Positions 1 to 7,474 of a DNA stretch of 64,000 nt are shown one piece after another. This DNA comes from Candidatus Hydrogenedentota bacterium (GTDB taxonomy: Bacteria > Hydrogenedentota > Hydrogenedentia > Hydrogenedentales > SLHB01). The stretch's first letter is position 1, and the number at the start of each line of letters is the position of its first letter. The stretch is taken from NCBI GenBank assembly GCA_963745075.1, contig CAVUWV010000001.1, positions 192,001 to 256,000 of the forward strand, given 5' to 3'. The notes below the pieces were generated by a model. The model was not told the DNA's origin. It did no database searches and saw only the letters and a list, made by a program, of their open reading frames with translations. The position numbers were made by a program, and so were the translations under genes.

Positions 1-712
1 CCCGGATTCCGCTTGCGCCGGGGACCGGTGCACGATGGGCGTGCACCTTGTTTGCGATCGTGCGCTTTGTGATGGTTCCTGCCCGGTCAATGTAGTGGGT
101 GTCGGCGTCGCATTCCCCGGAGACAAGGCTTGTGCCCAGGCCGTAGACGGACGTGACGACGGATACGTCGGGATTACCGGTGACGGGATCGGCGCCGAAC
201 GCGACGCCGGATACGGATGCGTCGACCATACGCTGAATCAGGACCGCCGGGGGGCCGGACTGAGGCGGGAGACCGTGCTGCCTGCGGTACTCCAGGACGT
301 TTTCGGAAAAGGCGCTGCGCCAGACGGCCGCAACTTTGTCCGGCACATCGACGGGCGGCACGAAGAGAAACGACGTCAATTGGCCGGCGAAGGAGGCGCC
401 GTTGCTGTCCTCGTCCATAGCGGATGAACGGACCGCCACAGGCTCGCCATGGGGACAGAGGGTTTCCATTGCGGCAACGAGTTCGTCGCGGATGGGCGCT
501 CCGAGCCCCAGGCCATCAGGCCAGTGAATTTCGTTCGATATGGAGGAGAATGCCTCCTGCGGACCTTCCGGCAGGGATTCCAACGCTGCTTCGGGCGCGA
601 CGGCAAACCATGCAGGGACAAGCACATCCCGACCAGACAAGGCGGCCAAAGCTCCGGCCTTTCCCCCTAGCTTGTTTGGGTCTGAACCGTTCTTTCCCAG
701 GATGAAATGCAT
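1..712 (-). CDS. PEP/pyruvate-binding (PPDK/PEP synthase N-terminal ATP-grasp) domain protein, 3' part outside the window
   Basis: Not in the ORF track because it has no stop in the window. Manual minus-strand translation from ATG 712: MHFILGKNGSDPNKLGGKAGALAAL...VAVRSSAMDEDSNGASFAGQLTSFL...AVLIQRMVDASVSGVAFGADPVTG...YGLGTSLVSGECDAD. These are the GGK, AVRSSA..ED..SFAGQ and QxMV..SGVAF motifs of this family. Confidence 0.9.
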   Translation of the reverse strand, partial: MHFILGKNGSDPNKLGGKAGALAALSGRDVLVPAWFAVAPEAALESLPEGPQEAFSSISNEIHWPDGLGLGAPIRDELVAAMETLCPHGEPVAVRSSAMDEDSNGASFAGQLTSFLFVPPVDVPDKVAAVWRSAFSENVLEYRRQHGLPPQSGPPAVLIQRMVDASVSGVAFGADPVTGNPDVSVVTSVYGLGTSLVSGECDADTHYIDRAGTITKRTIANKVHAHRAPVPGASGIR

Positions 713-716
713 CGTG

Positions 717-1634
717 CTATCCATCCCACCAGCGAACCAGCAACGGAATGACGCCGAGCATAAGGTACATGGCCAGAATCCAATATCCCGAGGTGTTTTC
801 GATGTGCCCCGCGAGCGAACGGCTGCGCACGTACACGTAGCGGTACGAGACACTCGACGCCCACACAAACAATAGACCCGAAACGACGGCAACGGGTGTC
901 AGGAACCCGATTTGGCGGGCCGCGAGCCACCCAAACGCGCCGCTCAGGGCGAGTGCAGCGAGCCACGCAACGGCGGCCGTGGTCGGCCCCCAGACCCGGC
1001 TGTAGGTATCGACGCCTTCTTCCTCGTCTTCGGGCGCGCGAACCTTGCGTCCGACCTCGATCACGATGCCACCGAAAAAGCTGACCGCCAGGAACCAGGC
1101 AATCCCCGGGGGCACGGTAGTCTCGCCGGCCACGAGCCAGTCGCAGGCGGTGGCGAAGAAGACAATGAGCGGCATGATGATCATGTGGCTGAACATGTAG
1201 ACCATTGGACGGGCTTTCAACCACTCGCCCACGAAGAATTCCTTGCTCATCAGAGCCAGGTAGACCCACGCGCCGAACAAAGGCACAAGCAATGCGGCAT
1301 CCAACCAGAGGCACAGTCCGATTTGGATGAGCCCCCCAATCGCGGCAACGACCCCGAGTTCCCGGAGGGTCACCAAACCGCGGGGTACAGGCCGGTACGG
1401 ACGGTGGCGCAGGTCGTCCTGGTAGTCCTTAAACTCGTCGGCAATACGCAACATCAGGAAGAAAACGAAGACCGTAACGAAGGCCACGATGGCCGCGGCT
1501 GCCGACGGAAGCGAGGCGTCGCCGCGCAAGAGAGCGGAATAGCAGACAGCGGAGAGGCTGAACACGGCGATAAGCAGGCCATGCTTAAAGACCGGAAAGC
1601 GTTCCTTCTGATACACCCACCAACGGTTTGGCAT
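717..1634 (-). CDS. UbiA-family prenyltransferase-like membrane protein
   Basis: 305 aa with many TM segments. Asp-rich motifs RIADEFKDYQDD...RPYRPVPRG and EVGRK...EDEEEGVDTYS. Ends 4 nt before the PPDK-like start. Confidence 0.8.
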   Translation of the reverse strand: MPNRWWVYQKERFPVFKHGLLIAVFSLSAVCYSALLRGDASLPSAAAAIVAFVTVFVFFLMLRIADEFKDYQDDLRHRPYRPVPRGLVTLRELGVVAAIGGLIQIGLCLWLDAALLVPLFGAWVYLALMSKEFFVGEWLKARPMVYMFSHMIIMPLIVFFATACDWLVAGETTVPPGIAWFLAVSFFGGIVIEVGRKVRAPEDEEEGVDTYSRVWGPTTAAVAWLAALALSGAFGWLAARQIGFLTPVAVVSGLLFVWASSVSYRYVYVRSRSLAGHIENTSGYWILAMYLMLGVIPLLVRWWDG

Positions 1635-1857
1635 GCTGCCATTCTCCAGAGATGCGCGGACCGATGACTGCGACGGCTACGCGTCGATGCTGCAAGGCAC
1701 ATTGACACCCTAAGATATTATCGCGTAAACCACCACAGACAGCTTGTACGCGGACACGACTTCTCGCAGACGTTAGTATATCACCAAGGATTGAGACGCA
1801 ACGAGGTAATGCACCGTCCAAGGTGGCATCCGCATCCACGGCAGGCCAGCGGCATAA

Positions 1858-2697
1858 TTAATCGCCATATCCCAAGGCATCGAGCGCATCGAGCATATCC
1901 GCGTCCACATCCACGTAGCGGAAAAAGTTCGAACCGAAGCCCCACGTGGGCAGGCAATTGGGATTTGCAATCAATCCGTTCGTTTCGTACCCGGCCTGGC
2001 CCAGGGGCCGAGCGAGGGTGGGAACATCGCCGCGCATGACATCGCTGCGGTCTTTACAACCGTGGAGATTGGGCTGCGTTCCCGTCAAGAGCGTCGCCAC
2101 AGAGGGCCGGGTCCACGATGAGGACGGGACGAGTTGGGTGAACCTGACAGCGACACGCGCGAACGCCTCCAGGTGGGGACTGATTTCGCGGTCGTATCCG
2201 TAGCAACTCAGGCGGTCCTGCCGCACGGTATCCATCCGATAGATGAAGACATCCGGGCGGTTGGTTTGGTCGGAGTATACTTCGCACGGCGCGAGCATAA
2301 ACGGGCGCTTCGCGTCGAATTCGACAAGCACGCGGCCAGTCTCGGAATCGAGAGGCAACACCGTGTCGTGCCATTCGTTCGGTTCCCTGATTCTGATGGT
2401 CTTGAGATGGGAGTCGCCGGCGACGATGCGGAGCGTCACGACGCCATCTTCGGAATCGAGGGGCAAAACGCCGACGCGCAATACGCTACCCGCCGGGGTC
2501 TGACCGAGAGCGAGCGTTGCGGGACCCCTCAAGGAAACGCGCAGTGCGTCCCGTTGATCGCTCGTTGTTGTCGACCGTTGCTGCGGAAACCGGGACAACG
2601 TGAACGTCGTTTTGCTAGGTTCCCGTTCACATCCGTAAGCGAATATCAGGGTCGCAATAACGATCGGGTACAGGTACCCGGACAGTCCTCTAACCAT
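1858..2697 (-). pseudogene. Sulfatase (Ser-type) with an apparent large internal deletion
   Basis: Lipoprotein-like signal (FAYGC), RPDVFIYRMDTVRQDRLSCYGY, signature SWTRPSVATLLTG, TLARPLGQAGYET, WGFGSNF. It then jumps straight to a C-terminal-type tail (DMLDALDALGYGD). The DH-containing C-terminal half is absent. Confidence 0.7.
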
Positions 2698-3045
2698 GGT
2701 CGTCTTCGTTCCGCACGGCATGTCAACTTCCGGAAACACGTTGCAATTGGCACGTGCGCCGTCAAGACGCGGTTTCTTGGGCCGTTAGCAATGAAATTCA
2801 AGAGGTAATCTGCGGTTGATCCTTTTTGTACTCGCTTTTTCAGGGCCGAATCAAGCGGCGCTCGCAGTGGGCCCGTTCTGCCGCTTTCGATTTGTGTTTC
2901 AGACAAGCCCAGACCGCGATCTTTCCATACCCCGGCAGCTTTTGGGTCGAACGCCGATGGCCTAAAGGTCCCGCGGAATGATATTCTCAGTATACCAACG
3001 ATGGCGGTGGAGATAGCGGAAGAACAGCACAAAGATTGGAGAAGG

Positions 3046-4032
3046 ATGATGATGAGGGTACCGTCGCGGTTCTCGAGAAGGCGCGTTCTGGCGTCGTTCA
3101 CACTGGCGGCCGTCCTGTCCTGCGCGGGTGTGGCGGAAGAGGTTTCATTTAACAAGGACATCGGACAACTCCAAATCATCGTGAATGATGAGCCGGTCGC
3201 GAGCTATGTGTGGCAGGACCCCGAAGTTCCACGACCGTATTTCTGCGACGTGGCGGCGCCTAACGGGTTTCACGTCACTCGGAACCACCCACCCCATCCG
3301 GTCTTGGATCGGGACAACGAAGACCACGCGGACTTTCATCCCGGCATATGGCTCGCCTTTGGCGATATCAACGGCCAGGACTTCTGGCGGAACAAGGCGC
3401 GGGTGCGCCACGCGGAGTTCGTGACGAATCCGATCGGCGGCGAGAATGAGGGGACCTTTGCCGTTCGCAATGTCTACGAGTCTTCATCGGGCGAACGAAT
3501 CTGCGAAGAGCGGTGCACCTATTCATTCCACGTGACGCAATTGGGGTACCTCCTCACCGCGGAGTCCGAGTTCTACTCGCCGGATGGCCCCTTCGTTTTC
3601 GGCGACCAGGAAGAAATGGGATTTGGCGTGCGCGTGGCAACACCTCTCCGCGTCAAGGGTGGTCACGGGAGTCTCGTCAACAGCGTGGGTGGGCGGGACG
3701 AGGCCGGAACTTGGGGCAAGCGCGCGGATTGGTGCGCGGGCTTCGGACGCGTCAACGATGTGTGGGTGGGTGTGAGCGTCATGGCCGATCCCCACAACTT
3801 CCGTCCGTCTTGGTTCCACTCGCGCGATTATGGACTTATCGTGGCAAATCCCTTCGGCAAGAAAGCGATGACGGGCGCCAATGACCCGTCGATCGAGCCG
3901 GACCATACGAAGGTCGGCGTGGGGGAAATGCTGCGGTTGGGATTCGGAGTGTACATCTTCAGTATCGAGAGCGAAGCAGAACCTGTACTTGCGCCGCTCT
4001 ATGCCGACTATTTGGCGCGCATCAACCGCTAA
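3046..4032 (+). CDS. Secreted DUF6807/'PmoA-family' beta-sandwich protein (not methane monooxygenase)
   Basis: Motifs RPYF...DHADFHPGIWLAFGDING.DFW, EEMGFGVRVA, WFHSRDYGLIVANPFG. The N-terminal SRRRVL plus hydrophobic stretch is a possible Tat signal. Start is one of the ATGs at 3046-3052. Confidence 0.7.
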   Translation: MMMRVPSRFSRRRVLASFTLAAVLSCAGVAEEVSFNKDIGQLQIIVNDEPVASYVWQDPEVPRPYFCDVAAPNGFHVTRNHPPHPVLDRDNEDHADFHPGIWLAFGDINGQDFWRNKARVRHAEFVTNPIGGENEGTFAVRNVYESSSGERICEERCTYSFHVTQLGYLLTAESEFYSPDGPFVFGDQEEMGFGVRVATPLRVKGGHGSLVNSVGGRDEAGTWGKRADWCAGFGRVNDVWVGVSVMADPHNFRPSWFHSRDYGLIVANPFGKKAMTGANDPSIEPDHTKVGVGEMLRLGFGVYIFSIESEAEPVLAPLYADYLARINR

Positions 4033-5429
4033 CTTGCGACAAATTTCTTCCATTTCGGCAGGCGTGCGAGCATGACTTCGTAGACCATCCGTTCCGTTTC
4101 GACGGGTCCGGCCTTTCGCGCCCTATTGATCTCTTCGATACGTGCACGGTCGGTGACTTCTACCCACGCCACGGAGTAGAGCCGATCGTCGGAGCCGATG
4201 CAGAGGCCTTCCGTGAAGAAGACGCGACGGCCGTCTTTCGAGAGCACCGGCCCGTGGTTGACCATCGCTTCTGTCATCATATCGAACGTGAAGAGATATA
4301 CCGTGGACTGGACAGACGGCCGGACTTCGATATCGACGGCGGGTCCGTTTGCGAGATAGAAGATGGTGTCTTCGGGGCCGAGGAGGAATCCGAGTTGACT
4401 GATCTCCGGGTTGCGCGGCATGCCCCAATACGCTTTGTGGCGCAGCTCGCCCACAGTTCGGAGGTATCGGGCGGACGGCCGGAATTCAAAGAGCGTCGTT
4501 GTTTCCCACTGGATGCCCCAAAAACTCTCCGTCTTCGGATTCCACTCGATGACGCGCCAGTGGTATTGAAAGTCGCCTTTGAGGGTTTCCGCTGCAGACT
4601 GTGAGAGGGGGAGTCGTTTCAGATCGAGGCCGGCGATATACGTTACCGGCCGGTCCTGGCTCAGGTCGAACTCCCAGATGCGGCCGTCCATCGTCGAACC
4701 ATAGACTTTGCCGTCGGGCGCGACGCCAAGGGTGCGGCAGATGCGGTCCCACTCGTGGGGGTGGCTTCCCCATTCGCCCCGTTCCTGGACGGCGCCCCAG
4801 AAGCGGGGATGCCCTTCCGCGATGTCGTAGGAAACCAGAATCCCGGAAGGCCAGGTCAGACCATAGAGAATGTTGCGCTCGGTATCCATTGCCATCGTAA
4901 TAATGCCTTCGCCGGGGAAGATCTTGGCAAGGTCCTCAAACGCACCGGTCTTCAGGTCGTAGGACATGAGGTGGCCACCCTGATAAGGCATGCGGCCTTC
5001 CGATAAGAAACCGGGCAGCCCATCGTTGTAAAAGGAGATATGCGTGCCGAACCAGAGTTTTCCTTCGTCCTCGAAAAACGGCGTGTGAATCTTTCCCTGT
5101 GCGACGTGCGTTGCGGTGTCTTCGCCGAGCACCTCGTCCATCTTCGCGAGGAGGGTCATCTCTTCGGTTCGGGGGTCGAACTTGTAGATGCGGCAACTGT
5201 GGTCGATGTTGTGGGTGTCCACGCTGAAGTAGAGGTTGCCGTCGGACGCGGAAACGATGGAGTGATAGTTGCTGTCGCCGACCAGAAAGTTGATGGGGAA
5301 AAGGTCGGCGGTGATGGTCTTGTCGACGGCCGAGAGCGGGATCGTGGTCTTTTCGACGTTAATATTTTGCGCGTTAGCGCTGAGCGGCAGGCTCGCCGTA
5401 ACCAGCAGTGGAATGATGATTCTCAACAT
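4029..5429 (-). CDS. Secreted beta-propeller-like hypothetical protein
   Basis: Signal peptide MLRIIIPLLVTASLPLSANA. Repeated blade-like units (SDGNLYFS, GKLWFGT, PDGKVYGS, SDDRLYS). Purine-rich RBS before ATG 5429. Confidence 0.7.
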   Translation of the reverse strand: MLRIIIPLLVTASLPLSANAQNINVEKTTIPLSAVDKTITADLFPINFLVGDSNYHSIVSASDGNLYFSVDTHNIDHSCRIYKFDPRTEEMTLLAKMDEVLGEDTATHVAQGKIHTPFFEDEGKLWFGTHISFYNDGLPGFLSEGRMPYQGGHLMSYDLKTGAFEDLAKIFPGEGIITMAMDTERNILYGLTWPSGILVSYDIAEGHPRFWGAVQERGEWGSHPHEWDRICRTLGVAPDGKVYGSTMDGRIWEFDLSQDRPVTYIAGLDLKRLPLSQSAAETLKGDFQYHWRVIEWNPKTESFWGIQWETTTLFEFRPSARYLRTVGELRHKAYWGMPRNPEISQLGFLLGPEDTIFYLANGPAVDIEVRPSVQSTVYLFTFDMMTEAMVNHGPVLSKDGRRVFFTEGLCIGSDDRLYSVAWVEVTDRARIEEINRARKAGPVETERMVYEVMLARLPKWKKFVAS

Positions 5430-5486
5430 CTTTCTTCCTCTCCTTCGGCAATACCGCTTCCTGATTATATCGTTCACGCCTCTGCA

Positions 5487-5526
5487 CTCCAACCGTCATC
5501 CCCGTTCGCGGGAATGACGGTTGGGG
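5487..5526. repeat. CGTC-type REP-like hairpin (collapsed doublet)
   Basis: ccaaccgtcatccccg-ttcg-cgggaatgacggttgg is a 16-bp stem with 1 mismatch. It shares ccgtcattcccgcg with the 17103-17191 repeats. Confidence 0.75.
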
Positions 5527-5636
5527 TTAAGCGCTGTGTGTAACGCGATCTTCTCGTAAATGCCAGATTAAGTCCTCGCACTCCAAAACCTGCCCGCAGC
5601 CAAGTGTAGCTTACGTTCAGCTTGGCTCGATGCCGC

Positions 5637-6935
5637 TCATCGCGGCTCATAGACCTGCACGCCGTATTGATCTTCGGACTCGAAGAGGGCGTAAACCGTC
5701 CCGTTTTTGTCGACGGTGGCCCAGTTCTCTTTGTGTTCGGAAACGGCGAGGCTGATGCCGGTGATGTAGTCGCCGTTGTTGTTGTATTTCATGATGCTGA
5801 TGGTGTTGCCTTCGTTGTCCTGCATGGCGCCGTTGAACCCGCGCTGGCCGCGGACCATGAGGTACACGTTACCCCACTGGTCGTCGGCCATGCTGTGGAC
5901 GTACACGTTGCCGTCCGGCGGGTTTCCGAGGGCGAAGGAAAAGAGGTAGCTGCCTTCGGGCGTGAACTTCTTGCAGGGGCCGTAATAGCCGGTGACGAAT
6001 ACTTGCCCGGCCGGGTCCACGGTCAGACCGTGGGGCGCGTTCAAGTCGTAGACCTCATCGCCGTCTTTTCCGAAGGTGTAGAGGAAATCGCCGGAATTGC
6101 TGAAGACCGATATCCGCATGTTATCCACGTCGGTGATGAACAGGCGCTGGCTGCTGTCGAAATCCATGCCATGGGCCCGCAGAATATCGCCGGGCCGCGT
6201 ACCCTTCGGCGCGAAGATCTGGAGGAACCGACCGGTCGAATCGAACACCTGCACCCGGGGCTTGTCGCTCTTTTCATCCGTCACGAAAATCTTGCCCGAG
6301 GCATCGACCGCGACCACGCGTGGTTTCTTGGTTTGCCCGGGTCCTTCGCCTGGGCCGAGACCGATGTCGCCGAGGTAGTCACCGCTGGGGGTGAACCGGA
6401 GCACGCGGTCGCCGCCATAATCGGCGATCAGGAGGTTTCCCTCGCTGTCGATCGCGATGCAGTGGGGAGCCGTGAAATACTTGGCCTCCGCCTTGGTTTC
6501 GCCCCAGGAGTTGACGAACTCGTAGGCGGGCCCGTCTTTGTCCATCAACACCGTTGCGAAGAGATAACGATTGGCGGCGTCCGGCGCCTCGGCGCAGATG
6601 TGTATTTCGCGGACCGCGGGAACGGCGGCGGGGGCCGTGTAGTCGCCCTCGGCCGTGATGGTCCCGAGTTCCTCGTTTCCCCCTTGGACGTTGTTCACCG
6701 ACCAGCGCACGCCCTCCGCCAGATGCGACGCGTACAGGCGCTGGGCCATCATGATGACCTTGAACTTCTGGACGGCGCCCGGTGAGAGGGTCACGAGAGA
6801 CGGGGTTATGCGCGCGCGACCGGGCTGCGCGTATGCCGGTATCGTGGCGAATACAACGAGCCCTAGAAATACCAGTATTGCGGTGGGCAGGTAACCGGTG
6901 CGGCAAGGTTTTACCAGTTTTGGATTCCCACACAC
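5637..6935 (-). CDS. Secreted NHL-repeat beta-propeller protein with N-terminal Ig-like segment
   Basis: NHL repeats (FTAPHCIAIDSEGNLLIADYGGDRV, PRVVAVDASGKIFVTD, AHGMDFDSSQRLFITD, LNAPHGLTVDPAGQVFV) and a signal-like ILVFLGLVVFATIPAYAQ. Start uncertain (GTG 6935 or TTG 6947). The frame stays open upstream to 7421. Confidence 0.8.
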   Translation of the reverse strand: MCGNPKLVKPCRTGYLPTAILVFLGLVVFATIPAYAQPGRARITPSLVTLSPGAVQKFKVIMMAQRLYASHLAEGVRWSVNNVQGGNEELGTITAEGDYTAPAAVPAVREIHICAEAPDAANRYLFATVLMDKDGPAYEFVNSWGETKAEAKYFTAPHCIAIDSEGNLLIADYGGDRVLRFTPSGDYLGDIGLGPGEGPGQTKKPRVVAVDASGKIFVTDEKSDKPRVQVFDSTGRFLQIFAPKGTRPGDILRAHGMDFDSSQRLFITDVDNMRISVFSNSGDFLYTFGKDGDEVYDLNAPHGLTVDPAGQVFVTGYYGPCKKFTPEGSYLFSFALGNPPDGNVYVHSMADDQWGNVYLMVRGQRGFNGAMQDNEGNTISIMKYNNNGDYITGISLAVSEHKENWATVDKNGTVYALFESEDQYGVQVYEPR

Positions 6936-6974
6936 GGCGCGATTCAAAACAGTCGCGGGAACGGGGCTAAGACA

Positions 6975-7243
6975 ACATCCCCCTTGATCCCCCTTCAAAG
7001 GGGGAGTTGCGCGCAACGCTTTGCGTTGCGTCTGGAAGAACTCAAGACCCACACGCTGCGCTTTGGAAGACGCGCGTCTCCGTAACCTCGACCGGCGATT
7101 CCCCCTTTGAAGCCGGAACCGACAAAAGTCGGCGCTTCGATGGGTGCGCCGCGAGAGGAATGCGGAGTTGGCCGGGAACCTGCAAGAGTACCAATAGATA
7201 CGGTCTAGCCGTTCCCCCTTTGAAGGGGGATCAAGGGGGATGT
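6975..7243. repeat. REPIN/MITE-like element bounded by perfect 31-bp inverted repeats
   Basis: acatcccccttgatcccccttcaaaggggga at 6975-7005, with its exact reverse complement at 7213-7243. Adjacent hairpin cgcaacgc-ttt-gcgttgcg. Partial internal copy at 7099-7112. Confidence 0.9.
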
Positions 7244-7474
7244 GAATTTGGTCCTGTTTCATATTTTGGACGTATTCCCCATCGTGAAGCGCCGAAATTA
7301 GTGACGAACATCGAGATCGAATCATGAGACGTTCCCCGGTTGCACCCGAATTATACGGCCCCGCACCGCCTTGTGGCGTGCAAGTATAGCACGAAGGCGG
7401 TATGCGGGGCTTCGGTAGCACGAGGCGCGTTCACATGGTAGGCTTAAGCACTTCCTGAAAGGAGATTCCTATTC

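Noticed and set aside
1701..1730. TTGACA-containing promoter on the + strand
   Set aside because: The -10 is poor and there is no + strand gene downstream.
3046..4032. Methane oxidation implied by the 'PmoA' family label
   Set aside because: This is a soluble secreted protein with no pmoCAB context; the family name is misleading.
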